Assembly (NCBI RefSeq): GCF_006345805.1
Contig: NC_043003.1
Location: 6,138,001 to 6,202,000 of the forward strand
Direction of reading: 5' to 3'
From: Octopus sinensis
Lineage: Eukaryota
DNA: 64,000 bases
Numbering within the stretch: the stretch's first letter is position 1; every line of letters starts with the position of its first letter. The translations under genes were made by a program, and so were the position numbers. Below, one piece after another: positions 10,101 to 23,279 of this stretch. The notes under the pieces were generated by a model. The model was not told the DNA's origin. It searched no databases and saw only the letters and a program-made list of their open reading frames with translations.

Positions 10101-11764
10101 TCTGTCGATATCTTTATAAGAATATTAATGTATATATCTCGTTCCCTCAGATGATTTTGTCAACTGTCATCAAGTGTTCATCTGAAGAAGACTCGGCTGA
10201 AGAGGGCTAATCTACAGCTATGATGGGAGACCGACCTGAAAGATTCGGTCGAGTAAATAAAGCACGTGACGAATAGTTTTGTTTGTCTGTGTGTGTGTGT
10301 GTAATACGAAAAAACGCACTTGCCAAGCTTTTATCGCAGACTGTGTTATAAATATATATATTCAAATATATTGTGTGAATATATTCAAATATATTGTGTG
10401 AATGTATATATGCCTGTGTCCTTGAATGTATTACTGTTTGTATGGAGGGATATTATGTGTAAGCGTGTATATATACACATATACATACACTCATAAACAC
10501 AAACACGCATATATATGTATGTGCAATTATGTATGAGTATATGCACACACACACACAAGCCGACATGCAGCTCCCTTATAAACAAGATACTATTCTTAAC
10601 GATATCCATAACTTGGAAATGCCAAAATTCTTCCTTTTCATCCCATCACGCCACTTTCGCAACTTGCCGAATAGGTTTTTATTTTGGTTTCTTTTCTTAG
10701 TGGCACTATTTTTTCTGTTTGTCTTCTTTCTCACATAAATCTTTTCTTAATCTTCAAATTTTTAAACTAAATATTAACAATCTATAGTTTTTGAAATCCA
10801 TCATTTGCTTAAACTTATCGCAGCTGCTCCCGTTGCGAATATTTCACACAAGTTCTCTCTGCGAAATCACATAAAAACTGACGAACCACCACATTAAAAT
10901 TCTTCGGTTGCTACTTTGAAATGGTGTTTTCATTGTTGTCTTCCATGGGACCAGAATTCTGGAACACCATTCCGGTCGGCCCACATCGCCTGTTTACGAT
11001 GAGTTTGTGAAGTTTGGTTTAATTCTCTTAAAATATAAAATATTTTAATCCATTTTATTTCCAGCGATAAATATTCCTTCTACTTGTTTTATCAAAGTCA
11101 ACAGAACTGTATCGCAGATACATTAAACTGGGAAACAAAAAGGAATCTATACATTTGGACGACGAAATTTGTGTGGATATGTGTGGGTGAAAGTGCATGG
11201 ATATATATATGCATACGTATACACATATATGTGTATATATACATATGTACTTGCATCTATGTGTGTGCGCGTGTGTGTGTATATGGGCGTATATATTTAT
11301 ATATATGTTTATATGTATGTATTGGGGATGCGATGAACAAAAAGAAAAATGGCAACACAGGTGGGACAAATTTTAACAAATATTAGTTTAAAAAAGAAGA
11401 AAGAGAGAGAGATACAGACAGAGAGACAGAGAGAAATAAGCAGAGATTAATTGTTTACTTACAGATTTCGTGGAAACGGGCTTTTCAAAACGTGGGTGGT
11501 TGTATGTATTTCTACACAAATGTGTATGTATATGCGCATGTATTTGTATACATATATGCACACGTATACCCATATACATGTTTAAAGATGTGTGTGTATG
11601 TATATATGTAGGCCCTGACTATGACATTCAACTGCATCAGGTGGTGGGACTGCAGTTCGGGAGTCGGGGAGAGCATGGCGTCAGCCCTTAATTACCATTA
11701 CTCCCAGATCCGTTCCGACCCGGGACTGAACTGTCAGGGACCCACTTATGGGTTGAATAAATGT

Positions 11765-11840
11765 CGATGTAGAGTAAATGTAGACTGAGATACAGGGGTC
11801 CCGGACGGACAGAAAGACTTTCACTTTTACTTATATATAT
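11765..11840 (+). mobile_element. Helentron/DINE-like short element 3' end (second copy)
   Basis: Matches 9895-9984. Confidence 0.45.
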
Positions 11841-11967
11841 ATATATATGGGGTTGATGAAGCTTCTGTTAATTTGTCAAAGCCGTGGGGGAGGACAGCTC
11901 TTCTAGGAGAAAGACACTCTGACCAAAAATTTACAGTCCAAATAGCATCAGTCATTTCGTAAGATTT

Positions 11968-11981
11968 GTTGCTATGGCGAC
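11968..11981. promoter_or_regulatory. RFX X-box-like motif gttgctatggcgac in unique sequence
   Basis: One mismatch to the GTTGCYATGGYAAC-type consensus; no functional evidence. Confidence 0.25.
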
Positions 11982-12384
11982 CGAGTACGTGGTAAAAATG
12001 TTGAACAAGTTTTTGTCACTTAAATTCATTGACGTACAAATATCTCAATCCCATTTCATTTCTTGATCCCTTTCAAATTTTATGAAGTCCCATGGTGAAG
12101 GTTGCGTGGCCTGAAAAGCTATATCCACGTATATATGCAAGATGTAAGAAATATCACCTGGCAAGTGTACGCAGACACGCGCGCACCCGCATGCAGCCTT
12201 GACGGGCAGATTGTTTCTATCCATGGGGTCTCGAGTTAGGCCCCTCTGTCGCGTTCATGGTGAAATCCTTTTGAGTGATGTTAGACATAGGGGAACTGAG
12301 TAGAGGCCGACCGAATGGATTATGTCTCTAATTCAATGAGAACTCGTCCAGTTTAACAAAAGCAGGTCATTCATGCACCAATGT

Positions 12385-12775
12385 CGATAGAAGGACTCCA
12401 GCTGGGACTGACTGGTCAAAAAGTTCTATTTGCGACAACGTGTTTGCAGGTTCAGTCCCACTGCGGCTCACCTTTGGCAAATGACTAGAGACACGAGCTG
12501 ACCAATGCTCTGTAAGTGAATTCGGTAGAAGGAAACTGTATGGAATCTCACCGAATATTTGTGCACGTTTTGGCGTTTGCGTATTTTAATCATAGCTTGA
12601 AAAAGGGTGTTTGTTCGCTTACGTCCCCGGAACGTAGCGGTTCTACAAAAAGAGACCGATTGAATAAATAACAAACTTTTTTTCAAAATCATACCTGGGA
12701 TTGATTTGTTCGATTAAATCCTTCTACACTCTACCCCAGCATGGCCGTAGTTCAATTACTGGGGAAAGTAAAACA
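12385..12775 (+). mobile_element. SINE family A, degenerate
   Basis: caggttcagtcccactgcggc...ggtagaaggaaactg...tacgtccccggaacgtagcggttc...ccccagcatggccgtagttc. Confidence 0.7.
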
Positions 12776-12804
12776 ATGGAATTAGATATATTTAATAAAG
12801 TAGC

Positions 12805-13530
12805 CCTTACAATAATAACAACTTCCTAGCTAACAGCGGTTTCAGAGATAAGATATATTACGACCCTTTAATTAAAGATATGAAACCTAAAAACAGATCT
12901 AAGAAAATAATACTGTTCGGCCCCATTTTACTCCCTAAATACTAAAACTAGCGTTGGCAAGAAATCCCTGGCTCTTTTATATAAGCATTTCCCAGTAAAC
13001 CATAAATACAGAAATTTTTTGAATAGACGCCCGATAAAAATATCGCACAGCTGCTGTCGCAGTATTAAGGACGTTGTTACTCGAAAGCCTGATCAAATGC
13101 CCACTTGCAGTTGCAACTGTCGAGACCATGAAGCTTACCCACTTGACTAGGCGTGTATGATATATTGTCGTTTATGAGGCAGAAGTCACAGCAACCCGCC
13201 AAGATAGAGTAATTGGGAAGAAAAATTACATCGGTTCATGCGATGGCATTTTAAAAGATGCTATGCAAACTGCCAGTCTTCTTTCCGGGACAGCAACAAA
13301 AGTAAATCTACAAAGTTGGCTAGCCACGTATGGGGTCTGAAGATCAACTATCCACCACATAGAATCAAGTGAAGCTTTGCGGAGATCCATGCTACGCGAA
13401 AATGGATCAAAGAGATGTAACTTATGCATAACTGAAAGATCACACCTTTCTAAATCCAAGAAATTCACACTATGTAATTTCAGATCCGAAATTATAAGTA
13501 AATGCAAGCATATGGACAAATCACTGTTGG
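12805..13530 (+). mobile_element. Penelope-like element ORF 3' part (linker plus GIY-YIG endonuclease), degenerate
   Basis: KNRSKKIILF.P..S.NTKTSVGKK.LALL.KHFPVNHKY..FLNR..IKISHSC, then CNCR, VYEAEVT, NYIGSC and SKRCNLCITE...RSEIISKCKH..K.LLAN-stop, all typical of PLE C-termini. Confidence 0.88.
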
Positions 13531-13591
13531 CTAACTAAAGGGCAACTGAATTATTCTACATCATATATTATTGAGCAACTGAATTATTCTA

Positions 13592-13631
<40 letters not shown>

Positions 13632-13633
<2 letters not shown>

Positions 13634-13729
13634 GTAAAATAATATGTGACAATTATTCAATAGCCAAGATAAAACTCTGAGTTTCGGATGCCGAGGTGAA
13701 AATCCACAACACCATCTCTTCGGTTATCT
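13632..13729 (-). mobile_element. Penelope-like terminal repeat fragment (P3) containing a complete type I hammerhead-like fold (13667-13729)
   Basis: agataa-CCGAAGA-gatg...catcc-GAAAC-tcaga-GTT-ttatct; 3' end abuts (TA)n. Confidence 0.65.
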
Positions 13730-14117
13730 ATACCATCATTCTTCTGTTCTCATGACCGTACCCAGAGTACACTTGTTTCTTGTGCTCTCCTCGCACCAAA
13801 CAAAGTATTATAAAATTTGGGGTATGTCAGAAGACAAAACGTATTACGTTGTCATTTGCTCAGGGCGGATTTTAAACTTGCAAATATCGTTAAACTACTG
13901 TTGCTAGTGTGTTTTCACATTGTACCGTTGGGGTCAGTATTGGAGAGAAAATGAAGGTTGAGTTTTGAAATAACCCCTGAAATCAAATTCATCCTTGTCA
14001 TACGTTTTGTCTTCTGACATAACCCAATTTTTATAATACTTTGTTTGGTGCGAGGAGACCACAAGAAACAAGTGTACTCTGGGTACGGTCGTGAGAACAG
14101 AAGAATGATGGTATAGA
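13727..14117. repeat. Inverted repeat, 118 bp arms (13727-13844 / 14000-14117), 155 bp spacer
   Basis: Arms match with few substitutions; sequence is LINE RT-derived. Confidence 0.9.
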
Positions 14118-14170
14118 ATGCTCTGGAATGGAAAGATCTGATGATCCAAGAACTTGTCTTGCTAATCATC
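13920..14170 (-). mobile_element. CR1/L2-like LINE RT C-terminal fragment
   Basis: ISKTSSWIIRSFHSR...ILLFSRPYPEYTCFLWSPRTKQSIIKI. Confidence 0.7.
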
Positions 14171-14194
14171 TTGTATATATTATTTATGTAGGAA

Positions 14195-14634
14195 GGCGGC
14201 GAGTTGGCAGAAACGTTAGCACGCCGGGCGAAATGCTTAGCGGTATTTCGTCTGCCGCTACGTTCCGAGTTCAAATTCCACCGAGGTCTATTTTATTCAA
14301 ATTCTGCCGAGGTAGACTTTGCCTTTCATCCTTTCAGGGTCGATTAAATAAATACCAGTTACGCACTGGGGTCGATGTAATCGACTTCATTCGTTTGTCT
14401 GTCCTTGTTTGTCCTCTCTGTGTTTAGCTCCTTGTGGGTAGTAAAGAAATAGGTATTTCGTCTGCCGTTACGTTCCGAGTTCAATTTCCGCCGAGGCCTA
14501 CTTTGCCTTTCATCCTTCCGGGGTCGATAAATTAAGTACCAGTTACGCACTGGGGTCGATGTAATCGACTTAATCCGTTTGTCTGTCCTTGTTTATCCCC
14601 TCTATGTTTAGCCCCTGTGGGTAGTAAAGAAATA
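14195..14634 (+). mobile_element. tRNA-headed SINE family B: one head plus two tandem bodies, 14 bp TSD
   Basis: TSD ttatttatgtagga at 14180-14193 and 14639-14652; body junction aaagaaata|ggtatttcgtctg; central gactttgcctttcatcctttcggggtcgataaattaagtaccag resembles the Meta/MESC SINE domain as recalled. Confidence 0.92.
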
Positions 14635-14949
14635 TATGTTATTTATGTAGGATTACTCTTAAATCCATAACATTATGAGACGCGGTCAGAGGTTTCGCTC
14701 AGGGAAGACGAAATGGCTATTGACATAAATCCCTTTGTTTTTTTAATGGATTAACTGAAACATGTTCTCGTTTAGTGGATTACCGAATCGTTTAAACCCG
14801 CTGAATTTATGAAAGAAAAGTGAACCTGAAGAAAGTGTGTTGCAGTAGAGACTTTGCTGTTGTGACTTCCCCGGTGTTTTAGTGAATTCCGTCGCTCCCA
14901 ATATGACCTCATTTGCTTTCCATGATACAATCCTATGTCTACCCTTCAG

Positions 14950-15572
14950 ATTCCTGTTTCATTTTTCACTTTTCATTTCATTTCATCTAGTTTCATCTCA
15001 CGAGCTGTGGCCATGCTGGGGCACTGCCATTCGGTATTGCTACATGATTTTACTTCACGAATGCTTTTTAGCAATTGACATTTGGTGCATGAGAGAGTTT
15101 GATGCAGCTGCACCTCCTGCTGTGAAGTTGGTTCATCTGGGAGACCGGACAGAAAGAGGCCCAGCTTTATTTTGAAGACATCTGCATCCACCCCATTCAG
15201 GTCTCTCAGGCCCTTCGGGAGGATATTGAAGAGCTTGGACCTCTGAAGCCCAGGCTTTTGCAGTATCTTGTCCTACATCTTGATGGCAAATTTGGAGTCC
15301 TTGGCACTATGCAGTGGCGCCCAGTCCTAGTATTTGTGTAACTCTCGATGCCAAAGTTTGGGACAAGTCCTTCCAGGATCTTTCAGATGTATATTATGGC
15401 ATATCTTTCTCGCCTACGCTCTAAGGAATAGAGTCTTAATCTCTTGAGTCTTTCCCAATAGCTTATATTCTGCATAGAGGCTATGTTCTTCGTGTAGCTT
15501 CGTTGGATTGCCTCAAGTTCTGAGATTAATTTGACGATTACTTTTAACAAAGGAATGTTGCAGTCGTTTATC
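14950..15572 (-). mobile_element. CR1/L2-like (jockey-like) LINE 3' end
   Basis: ELEAIQRSYTKNI...SYWERLKRLRLYSLERRRERYAIIYI.KILEGLVPNFGI...FKIKL..FLS.LPDEPT; tail gtgccccagcatggccacag...(gaaat)n. Confidence 0.88.
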
Positions 15573-16454
15573 TGGGAAATGGAAAAACGGCTTTTTTTTA
15601 TTTATATTTGTTAAACAAAAAATTGTTAATAAATCAGGATAAAAGACCTCTGGTCTACGACCTGCGCCTCGGGGGTTCTCAAGGGATTAACGAGTCAAAA
15701 AACGAGTTGTTGTCTGCACCTTCGGGACTTCAATTCATGGGACTTTTGTAAGGATGCCAGGCGCTGAGATCTTGAGATTGCAAAAGCAGTTTAATAATAT
15801 TGTGACTGAAATATATATACATACACACACCAACACACACTCGTACACACGCACATACACATACAAATAGACAGACAGACAGATATAGATATAGATACAT
15901 ACATGCAGGCATGCATGTTTACATACATACATATATATATATACATGTGTACATATATGTGCGTATGTTAATAATTTCATGTAAGGATCCCCGTCGGTTT
16001 CGACGACGGGGATTCACTAACGCGATTAAAGGAATTACCTGCTCAGTGATTTAGTATATATATGTGTGTGTGTATAATTGTAATATATCTGTGATATAAT
16101 CGATGTTGATATTGATAATGGTGGCAGTGGTAGCGGTTGTGGCGCTGATGGCTGTGGTGGTTTTGGTGGTGGTACAGGCCTATATTGTAACGAACAGAAT
16201 TATTATACTTGTAATGATGATGATCATTATGGTCACGATAGCGACGACAGTAGTGGTGGTCATGGTGGGGTGGGGTGGAGTGAGGTAAGAGGTGATTGTG
16301 ATACCATGCCTCTGTACAAAACAAAATGTATTTGGTGTGCGTATGTGTATATATATATATATATATATGTGTGTGTATCTATATATGTATGTATATATGT
16401 ATGTATATATGTATGTATATATGTATGTATATATGTATATAATATATGTATATG

Positions 16455-16513
<59 letters not shown>

Positions 16514-17025
16514 TACATGGGTGTACATGAAAATGAGTTTGTATTCATGTATGAAGTCTAAACCAGCTACATTCTATTTGAGGTGATTAAAATCGTACTT
16601 CTACTCCGATATTTCTAAACACCCCACCAAAAAAAAACTAAATCTGTCACATGTCTATATCATGTGATCTCCGCTAACCGATATTTCAAGCTGAGTTTCC
16701 TGTCTGATTGACAATTTACAAATCGATCGTTGAAAGATGTATTAATCGATTTCAGCTAAACGTCAAAGTTGTCTAGACTCTCTAATCACTTATCTATCTA
16801 TCCATTTCGGTGTGTGTGTATTATACATATTGATATTAGAACATATATATATATACATATATTTGTATATAGATATGTAAGTATATATGTTTGTATGTAT
16901 GTACATGTATCAGAAAACATAAGTGTTGATCTCTATGTAGGTATACATACTTCAAAAATGCATTCATTCTTCAGTTCAACATGGTGTGTGTGTGTATGTG
17001 TGTGTGAATGTCATATAAATGTTTA

Positions 17026-17080
<55 letters not shown>

Positions 17081-17130
17081 ATGAATGAATGAAGTTACGC
17101 ATACATATGTATGTGTGTGCGTATATGAAT

Positions 17131-17176
<46 letters not shown>

Positions 17177-17404
17177 CAAATGGGTGTGCATGCATGTATG
17201 TATATATATATGTATATATATTTATGTATATATACGTATCTTAAAACCTATCTCTATTTTATTCCCCTATAATATATTCAGAATGTTCAGAAGAGTAATC
17301 TGCTCGCTTTTATAAGAAAAAGAATTATTTTCTATTAGAAATATATATTACAGAGATGTGTGCTCCTGTCCGTTTACGCACATGCATATGCACACACGCG
17401 CACA

Positions 17405-17440
17405 GACTCACACATACATATATATATAATGTATTATATA

Positions 17441-17523
<83 letters not shown>

Positions 17524-18520
17524 ATATATATATATATATGTATATATATGTATGTATATATATATATATGTGTATTATATATTTATGATATATATATCTA
17601 TATGTGTATATATATATATGTGTATATATATATATGTATGTATATATTATATGTATATATGTATATATGTATGTATATATATGTATATATGTATGTATAT
17701 ATATGTATATATGTATGTATATATATACATATATATATATGCATATATATATACATATATATATATACATATACATATATATATATACATATATATATAT
17801 ACATATATATACATATATATATACATACATATATATATACATACATATATATATATACATATATATATATACATATATATATATATGTATGTATGTATAT
17901 ATATGTATATATGCATAAATGTTTGTGCGTATGCATATTCATGTTTGTGCGCGGACGTCTATGTGTATATGTATATTACACAAATATACATGTGTATATA
18001 TATATAATATATATATAGTATATATATATATATATATATATACATACCATACATGTGTATATTATATATATATATGTATATGTATATATATATTATGTAT
18101 ATATATATGTATGTATATATATGTATATATATGTATATATATATATGTATGTATGTATATCTGCATAAATGCTTGTGCGTATGCATTTTCATATGTGTGC
18201 GCGGATGTATATGTGTATATGCATATATACACAAATATACATATGTATATTTATACATACATATTACATGCCTTTATTTATGAAACTATTAAATGTTTAA
18301 GTACTATTAAAAATATACTTCCATGTATATATTGCATAGATGCAAACATATATATATATATATACATGTATGTATGTACGTGTCTATCTATGTATGTGTG
18401 CATGCATTTATGTATGTATGGATGTATATGCATGCATAAAGTTATAATATACATCTTTACATCTATATACAGCTTCCCGCGTATATATACATATATATAT
18501 ATATAAACTATGAGAGAGAG
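17405..18520. repeat. Compound (TA)n/(TATG)n/(CATA)n low-complexity block
   Basis: Direct reading; source of many spurious YI-rich ORFs. Confidence 0.95.
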
Positions 18521-18829
18521 ACGAAGAATTCTGCATACGTTCAATGTGTTTCTCTCTAATCTTTATTAAATTTACATGAATCTTTTCAATCCATTGAGTG
18601 TGTATTTCATTAATATATAGGCATACATATACCTATCAATATAAAAGTGTATATAAATATAAATACATGTATGCGCATGTGTGGGTATGTATGTGTATGT
18701 GCGAGCATGCATGCATGTCTGTGTGTGTATGTATATATATATATATATGTGTGTATGTGTGTGTGTGTATGTGTGTATGTGCGCTGTTGCTCCAGCTTGA
18801 TGGCTAAAACAAATCTATATATATATATA

Positions 18830-18910
18830 GATAAGTAGATAGATAAGTAGATAGATGGGTACATAGGTGGATACATAAATGGGTACATAGACAGATAGAC
18901 AGGTACACAC

Positions 18911-18987
<77 letters not shown>

Positions 18988-19055
18988 GAGAGAGGAGAGA
19001 GAGAGTTACATAGAGAGGGAGGTAAATAGAGAGAGAGAGGTACATAGAGAGGTAC

Positions 19056-19112
<57 letters not shown>

Positions 19113-19119
19113 CAACGAC

Positions 19120-19205
<86 letters not shown>

Positions 19206-19210
19206 GGATT
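18830..19210. repeat. (GATA)n/(GA)n compound microsatellite
   Basis: Direct reading. Confidence 0.95.
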
Positions 19211-19532
19211 GATGCACTCATTCATGCGCACATATAAACATACATTCATTCATACAGACTCATAGATATATGTGTATTGAACTGCATCCATATAGGCGTG
19301 CATTCTTTCATAAAGACACACAAGCGTCTGCGATTAGAAATTTTCAGGATAAGAAAGCGTCAGGAAAAGTCTTGATTTCGAGCTACTGGTACAAAATGTG
19401 GTCCTTTGAGGTTGTTATCCTATCAAACATTGGTGGCAAGCTCTCATGTGTCTAGTGTGTATAAGGCTATATATACATGTGTACTCGTTTTGGGCGTGTG
19501 AATGTGTGCGTGTAGATATACTTACACACATA

Positions 19533-19952
19533 GGCGCAGGAGTGGCTGTGTGGTAAGTAGCTTGCTAACCAACTACATGGTTCCGGGTTCAGTCCCACTG
19601 CGTGGCATCTTGGGCAAGTGTCTTCTGCTATAGCCCCGGGCCGACCAATGCCTTGTGAGTGGATTTGGTAGACGGAAACTGAAAGAAGCCTGTCGTATAT
19701 ATGTATATATAAATATAATATATTATGTGTGTGTATGTGTTTTGTGTGTCTTTGTTTGTCCGCTAGGATTGCTTGACAACCGATGCTGGTGTGTTTACGT
19801 CCCCGTCACTTAGCGGTTCGGCAAAAGAGACCGATAGAATAAGTAACTGGGCTTACAAAGAATAAGTCCCGGGGTCGATTTGCTCGACTAAAGGTGGTGC
19901 TCCAGCATGGCCGCAGTCAAATGACTGAAACAAGTAAAAGAGTAAAAGAGAG
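19533..19952 (+). mobile_element. SINE family A, near full length
   Basis: ggcgcaggagtggctgtgtggtaag...ccgggttcagtcccactg head, internal TA/TG tract, tail ggtgctccagcatggccgcagtcaaatgactgaaacaagtaaaagagtaaaagag. Confidence 0.92.
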
Positions 19953-20758
19953 TATACGTTTATATATATATATTTATGCATATGTATGTATGTATATAGA
20001 GATGTATAATAAAACTTGCTGGCATTGACGAGATCAAGTTTGATACCCAAAAGAACAAAGATCTCTGATAAATTGGCAGCAAATTCTAATATGTAACTCC
20101 TATGCGGTCTGTCTAATTTTATTCTATCCATGTGATATTTACAATATCATTACATCTGAACATAGAGTTGAAAATAGTGATATTTGGTGTTGTTTAGCAT
20201 CTCTTAATCATGACTAACTATATCGGAGAAGCGAATGCATTGGACGAAAGGGGTTACTAACTACTACGAGAAATGTGTACATTATTTCTGATGTTGTTTG
20301 TGTTGGACTCAAACGAAAAGAATAGAGGAAGGAGCGTTAGGAGTGACATGGATTCAAACAGGATTGGAATGTCATATTATATCCTTTCAATAAAATCTGA
20401 GGTTAATATCATAAGAGTTGGAAAGGAAAATCTTGGAAAATATTTCCTCATTAATGGCCAGGGATACACACCCAAGGAATCTGTGCAACAGAACACCAGA
20501 GGAATTGTCTTCTATTCATCAGCAGAAAGTCATACAGAAAGGCAATGCTGTCCGAAAGGTTCGGAGTTATAGTAATATTGGTAATTGAAGCAGTTTCTAT
20601 TCGATCAGCAATCGATTTATTAGCTCCTATTTTTGATTTTGGAATGAAGTAACGTAAAATAACAAAATTATATGATATGGAAGCAGGTGAAACACTTAAA
20701 TGCGACGAGCGATGCAGAGACAATACAATTTGTGGAAAGGATAGTCCTCCAAGATAAC

Positions 20759-21245
20759 TTTCTTTATTGGCCACACAGGGCTGGACACAGAGGGGACAAT
20801 TACAAATGTAGAGCTTTTCTTTTCGAAGATGGAAAATGAAAAGGAGAAAAAGAAAGGAAACAAATGTAAAATTTCGATCAAAAGGGATCAGAAAAAAAAA
20901 CGATCAAAAGGGATCGTCTATCACAGAAAGAAAAAAATGTTTTTTTTCTAAGTAGCAAACAAGATTAGGTTCATCCGTGGAAAGAAAAGCCTACAGAAAA
21001 GACCACGGTAACTTCAGGCAGGGAGGAAATAAACACATGAGAGCAAAGTGCTCTCTCTCTCTCTCTCTCTCTCTTACGATTTCCAAGATCATGCTCAAAG
21101 TGGTTTCGTCACTCGCATGCACCATCTTTGCTACATTCACCCACCTTTTTTTTAAACTTTCACGAGACAAAACCTGCCTCTCCATTCTCACCTTCCTTTT
21201 CAAGTGGTACTTGAAAAAAGTTGATGAGCGATTGGCGTCCAAGAT
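20759..21245 (-). mobile_element. Tx1/L1-like LINE 3' end (ORF2 C-terminus plus 3' UTR)
   Basis: FFKYHLKRKVRMERQVLSRE..KKRWVNVAKM; 3' UTR ending ccaataaagaaa shared with 56206-56520; clade assignment from recall. Confidence 0.7.
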
Positions 21246-21831
21246 AAAAATATTACAACGAACGGTAATGTAGAGAATGTTAAGGAATCAAGAGAAAAGT
21301 TCAAGAAAGCGAGCTTCTGATCTTTGAGAGAAAATGTTTCTGTTGTTATTCTACTCTTTTCTTGGTGTGTGAAAATGTTAAAATATCATTTCTATAAGAA
21401 CTTATATTTGTATTTATAAATTTCATAAAAGTTTTGTTTATAGCCAAAAAATATTTTTTCTGGTGATAAATATTTTAATTTAGATTTTTAAATCCTTATA
21501 GAATTACAAGGATAATTGTTTTGTTTTTTTTAATTTTTTTAAAATTTGATATTCTGTATTATTCTGAAAAGAATGGTAGAACGTTACAAATAGAAAAGAA
21601 AAGATAATGAGAACGAATTCTACAGCAGATAACTATAAATATAATAGTTAAACGTCTAAAACTTGGAATTATTATAACAGTGTGTGTGTGTGTGTGTGGT
21701 AATAAATGATAATTTTGAAGACATTGAATGCGCACGTTTCAGATCTGCATAATATGTAACAGGAAATACATCCTTTCTTCAGTTAATATATTTCAAATAT
21801 ATATTAACTGAAATATGCATTAACTGAAGAA

Positions 21832-21952
21832 GGCGCAGGAGTGACTGTGTGGTAAGCAGCTTGCTTACCAACCAAGTGTCTTCTACTATAGCCTCGGGCC
21901 GACCAATGCCTTGTGAGTGGATTTGGTAACGGAAACTGAAAGAAGCCCGTCG

Positions 21953-21989
<37 letters not shown>

Positions 21990-22192
21990 TTATGTGTTTG
22001 TGTTTATTCCCCCAACATCGCTTGACAACCGATGCTGGTATGTTTACGTCCCCGTCACTTAACGGTTCGGCAAAAGAGAACGATAGAATAAGTACTAGGC
22101 TTACAAAGAATAAGTCCTAGGGTCGATTTGCTCGACTAAAGGCGGTGCTCCAGCATGGTCACAGTCAAATGACTGAAACAAGTAAAAGAGTA
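21832..22192 (+). mobile_element. SINE family A with a deletion in the head
   Basis: Colinear with 19533-19952. Confidence 0.92.
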
Positions 22193-22449
22193 AGGCCTTG
22201 CGTAAGAGGATGTATTTATGTATTGCCCAGATGTGAAACGTACGTATATTAAATGCTTCCAAAATATCATTACTTGATTTGACTTCATTACTAAAATATA
22301 TACGAATCGATGCCCATACAAACCAGTCTGTTCTGACTCCATTTAGTCGAATACTCTGACAAAGATTTGGAGTCTATTTGACTCGTGTCGAAGACTCTGG
22401 TACCGAGCATCGCTTCTAGGCAAAACACGAAATGTGTGTAATATATATG

Positions 22450-22487
<38 letters not shown>

Positions 22488-22794
22488 TGTGTCTGTGTGT
22501 GTGTGTGTATGAGTGTGTGTGTGTGCATATATGTGTGTGTGTGTGTATGTGTGTATGAGTGTGTGTGTGCATATATGTGTGTATGTGTGTGCATATATAT
22601 ATGTGTGTGGGGGGGGGGTGCATATATATGTGCGTGCGTGTGTGTGTGCGTGCGTGTGTGTGTGTGTGTGTGCGTGTGTGTGTAAATTTACACATCCATC
22701 TTAACTTGTATGTGTCGTTTTTAACGCCATTGGTTGCAGTTTTGAAAAGATAGATCATCTCTCATATACATCGGTTCAATTTATAGCACGCGCC

Positions 22795-22978
22795 CAGTAA
22801 TTTCGGGGGAAGGTGGGTTAAATCGATTACATCAACCCCAGTGCTTAACTGATACTTATCTAATAGACGCCAGAAGGCAAAAGCGGCCTCGACGGAAATT
22901 GAACTCAGAACGTAAAGACGGACGAAATGCCGATAAGCCATTTGTACGTCGCGTTAACATTTCTGCTCGCTCGACACC
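22795..22978 (-). mobile_element. SINE family B, degenerate monomer
   Basis: Reverse complement matches gagctggcagaaacgttag...acgttctgagttcaa...gtcgatgtaatcgat. Confidence 0.75.
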
Positions 22979-23279
22979 TTACATTTCTTACATCTATATA
23001 AAGAGAGAAAAGCACGAATTCGTTTTCCGTTATTTCATCCGTTTCATATGATTTTGTGTTCGATAATCGATGATATCATATTATAAATGTGATTTACTGA
23101 TGCAATTTACAAAGAGAATTTAAAAACTTTCGCTGACGTTAAAGTCCTATTCGTGCCACATAGAGCCCCAATCGGATCACGGAACAGAGGGTGTTTCATG
23201 CGACTGCTATAAAGAGCTGTAACCAAAACAGTTTATTTTGTCATGCACCTAACGCATTTTTCCCACTGATATATATGTA

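Noticed and set aside
14195-14634. Tandem units superficially like a CRISPR or spacer array
   Set aside because: They are SINE bodies with no unique spacers or cas genes, in a eukaryotic context.
20230-20660. Coding-like stretch (ORF 20273-20572)
   Set aside because: No frame gives a motif I recognise; it may be decayed LINE sequence but I cannot support a call.
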